Part shown: positions 31,265 through 40,506 of the stretch, one piece after another | Numbering within the stretch: position 1 is the first letter of the stretch | How the letters are laid out: each line of letters opens with the position of its first letter | The notes under the pieces: generated by a model | The model's input: only the letters and a program-made list of their open reading frames with translations | What the model was told of the DNA's origin: nothing | Database searches by the model: none | Program-made: the position numbers and the translations under genes | Assembly: GCA_037129695.1 (NCBI GenBank) | Contig: JBAXUL010000001.1 | Coordinates: 4,057 to 68,056, forward strand | From: Prolixibacteraceae bacterium | Lineage (GTDB): Bacteria; Bacteroidota; Bacteroidia; Bacteroidales; Prolixibacteraceae | Direction of reading: 5' to 3' | Length of the DNA: 64,000 nucleotides

Positions 31265-32047
31265 ATGTCCGAATTCTTTATACATATTAAATTTCTGGAC
31301 GTCCTCGACATATTTTTCGTGGCGATTCTGTTTTATGAGTTGTACAGTCTGGTGAGAGGTACCGTCACCTTCAGTATTTTTCTGGGAATATTCATCGTTT
31401 TCGTGGCCTGGGTTGTTGTCAGGGCGCTTAAAATGGAGTTGCTGGGGTCTATACTTAGTCAGTTGTTTGGTGTTGGTATGATCGCGCTGATTGTTGTGTT
31501 TCAGCAGGAGATACGAAGGTTTCTGCTGATGCTAGGAAACAGTTACAAAACCAACAAGCGGATTTCTATCGGATCCCTCATTTCCAGTCAGTTCAGGAAT
31601 ATTTCTCCCGGGGGAATCAAATCGATCGTGGATGCTTGCACCCAGATGGCCAAAGGCAAGACAGGGGCATTGATCGTTATTTCAAGGGAAAATGAGTTGA
31701 AAGAATATATCCGGACCGGCGAATTTATCGATTCAGAGATACGCACAGACCTGATATGCAGTATTTTTTTTAAGAATTCGCCACTTCACGACGGCGCCTG
31801 CATTGTAGCTTCCAATCGCATTCAGGCGGTCCGGTGTATTCTGCCGGTCTCTTCAAGCCAGGAGATCAGTCCTGCGCTGGGATTGAGGCACCGTGCCGCC
31901 ATCGGCTTGTCTGAGGTCACGGATGCCTTTACCATTGTGGTCAGTGAGGAGACAGGTAAGATTTCGATCACAGAAAGTGGATTGCTGATTGAGAACGTTA
32001 CTCCTGATGAGTTGTTTCGGATTCTTCAGTCCGAAAAGAAAAACTGA
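31265..32047 (+). CDS. cdaA: Diadenylate cyclase (CdaA/DacA type, membrane-anchored)
   Basis: 260 aa. Three N-terminal TM helices and a DAC domain with the DGA (HDGACIV) and RHR (GLRHRAA) signatures. Confidence 0.9.
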   Translation: MSEFFIHIKFLDVLDIFFVAILFYELYSLVRGTVTFSIFLGIFIVFVAWVVVRALKMELLGSILSQLFGVGMIALIVVFQQEIRRFLLMLGNSYKTNKRISIGSLISSQFRNISPGGIKSIVDACTQMAKGKTGALIVISRENELKEYIRTGEFIDSEIRTDLICSIFFKNSPLHDGACIVASNRIQAVRCILPVSSSQEISPALGLRHRAAIGLSEVTDAFTIVVSEETGKISITESGLLIENVTPDELFRILQSEKKN

Positions 32048-32121
32048 GCACCTATTAAATGACGGATTCACTGTGAAAATAATTCCGGTCGCTGGAATGA
32101 TTTAATCCTTTACAAACCGAT

Positions 32122-32146
32122 CTCCTAACTCCTAACTCATAACTCA
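32122..32146. repeat. Tandem heptamers CTCCTAA CTCCTAA CTCATAA CTCA ending exactly at the ATG of the next gene
   Basis: Direct reading. The repeat abuts the start codon at 32147. Confidence 0.8.
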
Positions 32147-32725
32147 ATGAGCCTGCTTTCAAACCTCAACTATTTTGATTACCTGATTTTACCCTTGCTG
32201 ATTTTTCTGGCGAGGATTTGCGATGTGACCATTGGCACCCTGAGGATTGTCATGATCTCCAAGGGTCAGAAGAAACTGGCGCCTTTTCTGGGTTTTTTCG
32301 AAGTGCTGATCTGGCTGATAGCGATTGGAAATATCATGCAGCATTTGGATAACTGGGTCTGCTATATCTTTTATGCCGGTGGTTTTGCAACGGGCAATTA
32401 CATCGGGATGCTGCTGGAAGAGCGGTTGGCTGTGGGTATTTCCCAGATTCAGATCATCACAGGCAGTGATGCATCGATTCTGATCCGTGAATTGACAGAT
32501 GCCGGATATGGAGTGACACTCCATCCAGCCGAAGGTGGTTCCACAGGCAGAATGGTAACCATCATTTACAGCGTGGTGAAAAGAAGTGAATTGGACAAGG
32601 TTGTAACTATTGTCAAAGCGCACAATCCTGAGGCATTTTATACCTTCTCGGATGTGCGCTTTGTCAGTAAAGATCTCTTTGCCCCGTTAACGAACAGGTT
32701 TTTTGGAATCAGTAATGGAAAATAG
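32147..32725 (+). CDS. UPF0316 / DUF2179-family membrane protein
   Basis: 192 aa. Three TM helices (ICDVTIGTLRIVMISKG) plus a C-terminal DUF2179-like soluble domain. Confidence 0.72.
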   Translation: MSLLSNLNYFDYLILPLLIFLARICDVTIGTLRIVMISKGQKKLAPFLGFFEVLIWLIAIGNIMQHLDNWVCYIFYAGGFATGNYIGMLLEERLAVGISQIQIITGSDASILIRELTDAGYGVTLHPAEGGSTGRMVTIIYSVVKRSELDKVVTIVKAHNPEAFYTFSDVRFVSKDLFAPLTNRFFGISNGK

Positions 32726-32781
32726 CCGAAGTTCAATCGTTGAAAAAAGGCTAACTCATTACATTCCCAGCGGTTTTTTAT

Positions 32782-34449
32782 CTAGTTGCTATCCAGGTGA
32801 ACAGATTTCACTGCTCTTCCTGAAGGGTCAGCATTGTTTTTGAATGAAGGATCCCATGCCAGTGCCTCAGGGGTACTGCATGCAATGGAGGGCACGGAGG
32901 GAACACAGGAAGCCGCAGTGTCGGAGGGGAAGTGTTCGGCGAAAATGGAACGGTAAAAATACTCTTCCTTCGACATCGGGGTATTGATCGCGAAGCGAAA
33001 CTTGGCACTTTTCATCTGTTCGTCAGATACTTTGTCTGCTACCATCGCCTTCAGCGAGTCAATCCAGTTGTATCCTACGCCATCCGAAAATTGCTCTTTC
33101 TGGCGCCATGCAACACTTGCCGGTAAATAATCTTCAAATGCCTTGCGCAAGATCCATTTTTCCATTTTGCCGTCTTTGGCCATTTTGTCCTCAGGATTCA
33201 GGGTCATGGCTACATCCATAAACTCCTTGTCCAGGAAAGGTACCCTGCCTTCAACTCCCCATGCTGCCAGCGATTTGTTGGCACGAAGGCAGTCGTAAAG
33301 ATGTAATTTACTAAGCTTCCGGATGGTCTCCTCATGGAAAGCCCGGGCATTGGGAGCTTTGTGGAAATAAAGGTAACCGCCAAAGATCTCGTCGGCGCCC
33401 TCACCTGAAAGCACCATTTTAACTCCCATGGATTTAATCACCCTGGATAATAAATACATCGGAGTCGAAGCTCTGATGGTGGTGACATCATAGGTCTCGA
33501 GATGATAGATGACGTCGCGGATGGCATCCAGTCCTTCCTGTACTGTGAAGTGTACTTCGTGGTGAACAGTTCCGATATGATCTGCAACTTTTCTGGCAGC
33601 CACCAGGTCGGGAGAACCGATGAGTCCGACAGCAAAAGAGTGCAACTGTGGCCACCAGGCTTCCAGTTCATCGTTTTCGGATTCAATACGTTTGGCTGCA
33701 TATTTTTTGGCAATGGCTGAAATTACTGATGAATCGAGTCCGCCTGAAAGTAAGACCCCGTAAGGTACATCTGACATCAACTGACGGTGAACGGCTTCTT
33801 CGAGGGCATTCCTGAGTACATCAATGCTGGACACGTTATCCTTCACATTGTCATATTCAGTCCAGCTTCGGTTGTACCATTTTTTGGGTATTCCGTCCTT
33901 GCTCCAAAGATAATGGCCCGGTAAAAACTCTTCAATCTTTTTGCAGACTCCTTCAAGCGCTTTGAGTTCGGAGGCGATATAAAACTGTCCGTCTGCGTCC
34001 CATCCCATGTACAGCGGCATCACGCCAATGTGGTCGCGGGCAATCAGGTAGCAGTCCTTTTCGCGGTCGTACAGGACGAAGGCAAAGATGCCATTCAACT
34101 CTTCCAGGAAATCGATTCCTTTTTCCTGATACAATGCCAGGATTACTTCGCAGTCTGACTGTGTCTGGAATTCAAATTTATCCTCAAGTTGCTTCCTGAG
34201 TTCCCGGTGATTGTAAATCTCACCGTTGACCCCTAAGACCAGGTTTTTGTTTTTGCTGTAAAGTGGCTGACGGCCGGAAGCCGGATCAACAATGGCCAAA
34301 CGTTCATGGGCGATAATGGCATGCTCATCCACAAATATTCCCGACCAGTCCGGACCGCGGTGACGGATCCGTTTTGACATTTCAAGTGCTTTGGTACGCT
34401 GGTGCTCCGATGAGCCGTTGATTTCAAAAATTCCTACTATTCCGCACAT
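32782..34449 (-). CDS. asnB: Asparagine synthase B (glutamine-hydrolysing)
   Basis: 555 aa. N-terminal MCGI nucleophile and the PP-loop SGGLDSS. Confidence 0.95.
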   Translation of the reverse strand: MCGIVGIFEINGSSEHQRTKALEMSKRIRHRGPDWSGIFVDEHAIIAHERLAIVDPASGRQPLYSKNKNLVLGVNGEIYNHRELRKQLEDKFEFQTQSDCEVILALYQEKGIDFLEELNGIFAFVLYDREKDCYLIARDHIGVMPLYMGWDADGQFYIASELKALEGVCKKIEEFLPGHYLWSKDGIPKKWYNRSWTEYDNVKDNVSSIDVLRNALEEAVHRQLMSDVPYGVLLSGGLDSSVISAIAKKYAAKRIESENDELEAWWPQLHSFAVGLIGSPDLVAARKVADHIGTVHHEVHFTVQEGLDAIRDVIYHLETYDVTTIRASTPMYLLSRVIKSMGVKMVLSGEGADEIFGGYLYFHKAPNARAFHEETIRKLSKLHLYDCLRANKSLAAWGVEGRVPFLDKEFMDVAMTLNPEDKMAKDGKMEKWILRKAFEDYLPASVAWRQKEQFSDGVGYNWIDSLKAMVADKVSDEQMKSAKFRFAINTPMSKEEYFYRSIFAEHFPSDTAASCVPSVPSIACSTPEALAWDPSFKNNADPSGRAVKSVHLDSN

Positions 34450-34512
34450 ATTGTAAAATAATTTGTTTTCTGTAATATTGAGTTGAATGCAAATTGATTA
34501 AATAATCGTGTG

Positions 34513-34520
34513 CAAATATA
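34513..34520 (-). promoter_or_regulatory. Candidate -7 box (TATATTTG on the minus strand) for asnB
   Basis: TAnnTTTG match about 64 nt upstream of the ATG at 34449. Confidence 0.3.
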
Positions 34521-34648
34521 CAATTATCCAATAAAAGAACAAATAATAATACAAAATGTCAGAGATATGTCATTTATTTAATATTATTGAATCCTGGCTA
34601 GTATGCCGATTTTGATTGAATTTGCTAATTATTAATTTGGATCCCCCT

Positions 34649-34688
34649 AAAAAAAGGACAGATACGATAAAGTATCTGTCCTTTTTTT
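34649..34688 (-). terminator. Rho-independent terminator closing the 34.8-47.5 kb operon (bidirectional shape)
   Basis: GGACAGATAC / GTATCTGTCC 10-bp stem (34656-34665 / 34672-34681) with a 6-nt loop, flanked by A7 and T7 runs. Confidence 0.8.
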
Positions 34689-34769
34689 GTTAATACCCCC
34701 TAAAAATACATCCTGACACTTAAAATTAAGATGTAATTATTAGCAGATGATTATTTACCAGGTTAAATT

Positions 34770-36005
34770 TTAGTTGTAATGTTTATTGGGAAATATATTA
34801 ACGGCTAAAAATCCGAATAGTCCGGTCGTGGAAATAATGAAAAGATCAACCAGATGATTTTTGAGTTTTTTCTTTGAATGAAGTATCCAACTGATCTGAA
34901 GAAGAAGCAATAGTAAACTAAAAATCAAAAACATAATACCATCTGAGTATCTGGTTCGGAAGTCAATAAAGCGGCTTAAATCACTATTGAGCGTCATTTC
35001 AAAAGGGAAAATGACGGCGAATATCTTTCCTTCCAGCCGATGGTATTTGTCTTCCCATTTCTCCGAGTATTCATCAATTTTTTTGAATTTGTCGTCCAGC
35101 GCAATGTTCCTGATGTAATTGTCGCCTTCGATCACCACATTGTAGTTGAATAGATCACCTGAAATTTTCAGCTCATCAGTAGTTGGATTGAAACCATCTA
35201 CCGGCAATTTTACCAATTCGTAGGTATCCTGCATTAAAACGTATACCTCGTTTTTGGTTGAGATAAGGTAGGCATAGTATTGTTTGTTTGAAAAATCAAC
35301 ACATTCTATCCAAAGAAAGGACAAATCGGCTGGGATCCCAACTCGCTTTACATACGGTTTTCCCCCTTCCATTTTTAGGTGAAAAAGCTGTTGCTGAGCA
35401 TCTGCGATCAGGTAGCCTTCATCACAACTTTTTTTGGTTGTTGGTATTCCTGCAATAATCCTTGCGGGAAATGCAAATCCTTTTTTGGTCAGGGCTTCAG
35501 TGTAAGCAGTACTTTTCCCTTCGATCAGCTTGTTTGTTTTAGCATCCAGAAATTCGAACTGATTTCTGATTCTGAAATAGTCATCCGGCATCTCCAGATT
35601 AACCCGGCCTGATGCGGATTCGAACAAGGGGTAGAGTCCTGCCTGAGGTGCATCCAGGGTCTTTGGCTGAAACCTATAGTTGGACCTTGCTTTACGAAGC
35701 AGGTGAATGTCCATTTCGACACCGTTGATGGAGTCGGGCATCGTGCCGGAGGTAGCCAACTGCATAAAAAACATCATAGGAAGTTTTTTTTCATATTCTT
35801 CCCTTGTGTATTTATTTCCTTTGAGATCCTGGCGAATCATGGTTGTACCCGGCCTTTGGATCATATAGTTTTTCTCGGTGCAACTGTAGGTGATGACAGG
35901 AGCATAAACGGGATGCTCCATGATGGTCCAGTAGAGTTTTGGAAGGGTTATCGATCCGACAATCACTGCGGTCAAAATCAGAACATATCTGCTGATAGCT
36001 GTCAT
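34770..36005 (-). CDS. Membrane-anchored accessory protein of the ABC-2 system (DUF4857-like, from memory)
   Basis: 411 aa. One N-terminal TM helix, a large extracytoplasmic body, and two C-terminal TM helices. The start lies 2 nt after the permease gene stop. Confidence 0.6.
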   Translation of the reverse strand: MTAISRYVLILTAVIVGSITLPKLYWTIMEHPVYAPVITYSCTEKNYMIQRPGTTMIRQDLKGNKYTREEYEKKLPMMFFMQLATSGTMPDSINGVEMDIHLLRKARSNYRFQPKTLDAPQAGLYPLFESASGRVNLEMPDDYFRIRNQFEFLDAKTNKLIEGKSTAYTEALTKKGFAFPARIIAGIPTTKKSCDEGYLIADAQQQLFHLKMEGGKPYVKRVGIPADLSFLWIECVDFSNKQYYAYLISTKNEVYVLMQDTYELVKLPVDGFNPTTDELKISGDLFNYNVVIEGDNYIRNIALDDKFKKIDEYSEKWEDKYHRLEGKIFAVIFPFEMTLNSDLSRFIDFRTRYSDGIMFLIFSLLLLLLQISWILHSKKKLKNHLVDLFIISTTGLFGFLAVNIFPNKHYN

Positions 36006-36007
36006 AA

Positions 36008-36676
36008 TTACATTTCTCCTTTTCTAAAACGATTGGCTGAAAACAACAATGAAAGACTTAAAAAAGCCGTAAGAATGAAAAATTTCATGTTCACGGGTTC
36101 GTACCCGCCCGCACCCGAAGACAACAGGTATTGTGCGATAAACCCGTATGCGACGAGGGCATAGGGTATCCAATATCTCCAAACCGGTTCCAGAACTATG
36201 AACGCGATAAAATAATAGATGGCATATCCGGACAGAAACCAGGGTATGACAGATGGAATGGCTGCATCAACTATTTCCTGAGGAAAATAGTGAAGACTAC
36301 CCATCCAGAACATGCTGAACATTAATCCAAAAGAGACAAAAAGTGATACTGAACCGCATAACATCATGCCAATGAGCATTTTGTTCTCATTAATCGGAAG
36401 GTGGAAGCTTAATTTGATCCTCTTATTGATCGTTTCCGGAAAGTATTGAGCAATGCCCACAGAGAGTCCGATAACCAGGGGGACATACTTAAGCAGGTGA
36501 TAATATTGGTAGCCCATGAAAAGTATGCTGTACCAATAATTGGTTGCGCCACTAAACAGGATGTCATGCTGGACGTTCAGAAAGATGGAGATGAGTGCAG
36601 CCAATCCAATGGTCGTAAAAATTGCCAAAATCCACCTGATTTTTAGCCATTCTTTGAATAATAATGATTTCCACAT
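36008..36676 (-). CDS. ABC-2-type transporter permease (about 6 TM helices)
   Basis: 222 aa, hydrophobic throughout. Lies 4 nt downstream of the ATPase gene. Confidence 0.65.
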   Translation of the reverse strand: MWKSLLFKEWLKIRWILAIFTTIGLAALISIFLNVQHDILFSGATNYWYSILFMGYQYYHLLKYVPLVIGLSVGIAQYFPETINKRIKLSFHLPINENKMLIGMMLCGSVSLFVSFGLMFSMFWMGSLHYFPQEIVDAAIPSVIPWFLSGYAIYYFIAFIVLEPVWRYWIPYALVAYGFIAQYLLSSGAGGYEPVNMKFFILTAFLSLSLLFSANRFRKGEM

Positions 36677-36680
36677 AACT

Positions 36681-37568
36681 TTAGTATTTACCGGTTAATC
36701 CAATAAAAGCATCTTCGAGTGACATCTGTATCTGCCTGAAATTGTTATAAATAATTCCCTGACTGTCCAAAAATGCTCTGATTGATTTTTCTGGTTCATA
36801 AGTATATAATTCTATGCTGTTTTTGATTTTTTCGATGTTGACAACAAACGCTTCTTTTGCCAATTTCTGTACATCTTGTTCTGTTTCAAAACAAAACTGC
36901 CTGAAGGTTTGCATAAACTCATTTACGGGTTTTTGCGCAAGGATCCGATTGTAATCCATGATTAATACATCATCAATCAATCTTTCCATATCCTGAATGA
37001 TGTGTGAGGTGGTGAAGATTGTTTTATTTTCCGCTTTGGCATATTCCCTCAGATAATCAATAAATAGTCTTCGGTAACCCGGATCAAGACCCATCGAGAA
37101 ATCATCCAATATCAACAGATCCGGATCCTGGGCGAGTATCAATCCCAAGGCAACCTGTGATCTCTGTCCACATGACATGGAGGATATTTTCTGATTCGGC
37201 ACGACCTTGAGCTTTTTCATCAATTCCCAATAGGGTTCTCTCTTCCAGTTCGGATAAAATCCCGCATAGAATTTCTCGATCTGGCTGATATTCATGAAGG
37301 AATATTGGATGTGCCCCTCAATCAAAAAGCCGATGCGTGCTTTTGTGGAAGGTGACAAATGCTGGGTGTTTTCATTGTAGATCAGACATTCGCCACTTCT
37401 GGGTTGTAGAAATCCATTGAGAATATTGATTGTTGTCGTTTTTCCTGCACCATTTTTACCCAACAAACCCAGAATACTACCTTCTCTGACATGGATATTC
37501 AGATTTTCGTACACCAATTTCTTGCCGTAATAATGGGTTAGGTTATTGCATTCAATAACGTTGCTCAT
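36681..37568 (-). CDS. ABC transporter ATP-binding protein (ABC-2 subfamily)
   Basis: 295 aa. Walker A GKNGAGKTT, signature-like MSCGQRS, and Walker B LLILDD. Confidence 0.92.
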   Translation of the reverse strand: MSNVIECNNLTHYYGKKLVYENLNIHVREGSILGLLGKNGAGKTTTINILNGFLQPRSGECLIYNENTQHLSPSTKARIGFLIEGHIQYSFMNISQIEKFYAGFYPNWKREPYWELMKKLKVVPNQKISSMSCGQRSQVALGLILAQDPDLLILDDFSMGLDPGYRRLFIDYLREYAKAENKTIFTTSHIIQDMERLIDDVLIMDYNRILAQKPVNEFMQTFRQFCFETEQDVQKLAKEAFVVNIEKIKNSIELYTYEPEKSIRAFLDSQGIIYNNFRQIQMSLEDAFIGLTGKY

Positions 37569-37647
37569 TGCTTTTTTGTATTATTTATATGATCCTTTTA
37601 AATGGAGATTCTTGTAACATCCAGCGGAATTTTTCTTGCTTCATTTG

Positions 37648-39213
37648 TCAGAATATAAATCCAATTTTTCCTGACAAAACTGAGAACCCATCGTTGAGGG
37701 TGATGGATCTCAGGTTGGTATAGTCAAGTGAAAAAAACAACTGATCAATATGCTTGATTTTTACCGGAAAATATCCACAAACCAATTGTCCGCTGAATTT
37801 AAATTGGTTTCCGGCATAATAATTAAAATCTGCAGTGTAAATGTCTTTCATCTGCTTTTTGGTTATTTCGGTAAGATCGGATAAAAGCATTGTTCCGTTC
37901 AGATTTTGAACGTACGAAAATGAAATTCGAGGCGCAAAATGAAAGGATTTCACATAGAGATTTTTTTCAAGGGATAGATCTCCTGTTAAGTTGGTATACT
38001 TTGACGTGAAGATTTCAGGGATGTAATAATAAGTCTCCTCATTTGACAAAAAAGCCAACCCCGACCAAACAGACCAATCCAACTGCCCGGAATCATTGAG
38101 TCGTTGAAATTCGTGACGAAGATTACCGCTGATCCTTCTTCTGTTGAATTTGAGATTCTTCGCAATGGTTACATATTCAGCGATGTTGCCCTTGTAAACT
38201 TTGTCCTGGGTATATTCCGTTCCATCTCCATCAAAGAAACCGGCCGAAATTAGCAGCGTATGAAGCTTTTTATTTTCTCCAAACTTGGCGGTCTCATTGA
38301 GCCTGAAGTCGATTGCCTTCCAGTCACCGCCATACTGTTTGATCACTGCACTTGACCCATCGTTGATCTGCTCCATGCCGTATTTGAACCGCAATTCGCT
38401 GATCAGACGGTTTTTGTTCTGTTTTTTTTCAAATTGTATGGCTCCGAAGTATTCACTCAGGCTTTGAAATCGGCTGTAACTGGTTCCGATCTCTTTGGCA
38501 TAGAATCCAAACCCTTTGAAGAAATAGAAGGCTGGATCCGGATTGTCTGTGATATTCTGCAGGTAACTGATCTCCTCCTGCCTGTTGAGGTAGCCAAGAT
38601 CTAATCCGAGGTTGTAACTCTTTTTATTCCAGATGATTCCGGGGTTAAATAAGAACTGAACCACAGTATTGAGTGGTCGAGGGTCCTTTTGTTTGGCTCC
38701 CACACCAACGAAGTAGTCTATCTTACAGCCGATCATGAGATGCTCGTTCAAAGTGGTTGCTACCCCTCCTGTCAGGGAATAATTCTCTTTTCTGTAGATC
38801 GAATTGCTGATAGAATCCCCCAGGATATAGGGACTTCCCCGGTAAGGGTCATAAGTTCCGTTCCATCTGGAACCTTTTTCCAGTAGGTTGTTGTAGGCAA
38901 AACCTCCGTAGAGCGTGTATTTGCCAATTTTTTTATAACTTTTTGTGGATAAGCTGTAGATCTGATAATTTGAGGGGTCCATCGTTTTATGGTAGCTGCC
39001 GTCTGCATCGTCCATTCCTGCGTAGACACCTACCAGGTTGGGTGTTGAAGTAAAAATCAATCCGGTCATGTTCTCCGTCCCGGACCACAGATTTCTGTAA
39101 TCTGTAATGCGAAAGGAGTTGAAGGTTTTGACTCTCAGACTATCACTGCCATTCACACTGACCACTGTTATGATCAGTATAAAAAGAAACAGATATTTTC
39201 TCAAAATTGTCAT
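37648..39213 (-). CDS. Outer-membrane beta-barrel protein (DUF6850-like, from memory)
   Basis: 521 aa. Signal peptide, Y/G/F-rich alternating strands, and C-terminal ...GKIGFIF. Confidence 0.6.
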   Translation of the reverse strand: MTILRKYLFLFILIITVVSVNGSDSLRVKTFNSFRITDYRNLWSGTENMTGLIFTSTPNLVGVYAGMDDADGSYHKTMDPSNYQIYSLSTKSYKKIGKYTLYGGFAYNNLLEKGSRWNGTYDPYRGSPYILGDSISNSIYRKENYSLTGGVATTLNEHLMIGCKIDYFVGVGAKQKDPRPLNTVVQFLFNPGIIWNKKSYNLGLDLGYLNRQEEISYLQNITDNPDPAFYFFKGFGFYAKEIGTSYSRFQSLSEYFGAIQFEKKQNKNRLISELRFKYGMEQINDGSSAVIKQYGGDWKAIDFRLNETAKFGENKKLHTLLISAGFFDGDGTEYTQDKVYKGNIAEYVTIAKNLKFNRRRISGNLRHEFQRLNDSGQLDWSVWSGLAFLSNEETYYYIPEIFTSKYTNLTGDLSLEKNLYVKSFHFAPRISFSYVQNLNGTMLLSDLTEITKKQMKDIYTADFNYYAGNQFKFSGQLVCGYFPVKIKHIDQLFFSLDYTNLRSITLNDGFSVLSGKIGFIF

Positions 39214-39272
39214 TCGGGTTCCTAGTTTAATAGCGGCACATTTCGAGGAAATGTGCTGCGTTATTGGTTAGG

Positions 39273-40487
39273 TTATTTCTCTACAACCGTCGGATTTACG
39301 CCTGGAGTAGGTGTCACGTCATGCAAGAAATCTGCTGTGGAATTGTTGGTGTCCTTGTAAATTACTCGTCCTCCGACGATCATGTTCGCCTTTCTCCTGA
39401 CTGACTTGGAACTATAGGAACCGGCATCCAGGTAAGTATATCCGGCATCCAGTGTATCAGGAAGTCTTTTGTATCGCTTTGTCTCATCCGCATAGACTAA
39501 TTCTACCGCATCTACTACATTACTTTTGTTAATCATGAAGTATTTGGTGGTGGCGGTGCTGTTGGGAGCAGTCTTGAAGTTGTTTGCGTTGTTTGCGTAA
39601 GTTTGCCAGTCGGTTCCTGTAGGCAAACGGAATATAATGGTAGCGTAACCGTTCACATTGACTGACCAGTCGGTCATCAGAGGTGCAGTGGTATACATCA
39701 AAGTAAGGTTGGGAACACCGGGAGCATCCAGGTCTTTGCCGTTGTCGACATAGGATTCCCATTGTGCATTGGCCAGATTCACAGGTGAAGTTGGATTCCC
39801 GTTGGGGTCGGTAATGTGGTTGATACCATCCTGGGCGATCACCAAACTTTTACCCGGATAAACAGGATGTTCTTTGCCGGTTCCGGGGATCATCCATGCC
39901 TGAAATATGATCGGAAGTTCATCCATAACCGTTCCATCTGTTTTTAGCCAGACATTGGGGGAGGAGGCAATTTGCTGCAGACATCCGATGCAAAGGCCAT
40001 CGGCAAACAGCGTGTCGTTGGAATTGTTGTAAATTTCATGAAATTGGTCTGATGCATAACTTTTTGCATCCGGAGTCTTGGATCCCGCATAATAGATCTC
40101 TTTCAGGATAAATCCCCCCGAATTCTTGGCCAGCACCAAATCCATGTTGATCGGACCATCTTTTGTCAAAACCACATTGTTTTGCACCCCATTGAAAAAG
40201 TATTCGTCCGATCCTACTTTAACCGAAAAATTGCATTTGACACTGTATTTCCCTTCGACAAGAATGACCGAAACTTTTCCCGAGGCATCGCCAAGGATCA
40301 CAGTTTCTCTGCCCGTTTCGGCATTTGTAATCTTTATTTCCACACCGGTAGGCATGGATGCCAGCGTGAACCCCTGGGGGAATGCCAGGGTGACGTCAAC
40401 CTTATAACTCGGGGTGACATCTTTTTTACAGTTGAGCACTGTTAAACCCAAAGTCAGTGCCATTACTAAAACAATTGATCTTTTCAT
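39273..40487 (-). CDS. Surface lipoprotein with an Ig/carboxypeptidase-regulatory-like N-domain and a lamin-tail-like domain (DUF4876-like, from memory)
   Basis: 404 aa. Lipobox LTVLNC and an LTD-like segment GFILKEIYYAGSK...QFHEIYNNSNDTLFADGLCIG. Confidence 0.6.
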   Translation of the reverse strand: MKRSIVLVMALTLGLTVLNCKKDVTPSYKVDVTLAFPQGFTLASMPTGVEIKITNAETGRETVILGDASGKVSVILVEGKYSVKCNFSVKVGSDEYFFNGVQNNVVLTKDGPINMDLVLAKNSGGFILKEIYYAGSKTPDAKSYASDQFHEIYNNSNDTLFADGLCIGCLQQIASSPNVWLKTDGTVMDELPIIFQAWMIPGTGKEHPVYPGKSLVIAQDGINHITDPNGNPTSPVNLANAQWESYVDNGKDLDAPGVPNLTLMYTTAPLMTDWSVNVNGYATIIFRLPTGTDWQTYANNANNFKTAPNSTATTKYFMINKSNVVDAVELVYADETKRYKRLPDTLDAGYTYLDAGSYSSKSVRRKANMIVGGRVIYKDTNNSTADFLHDVTPTPGVNPTVVEK

Positions 40488-40506
40488 GGTTTTTTATTAT
40501 TTTGGT

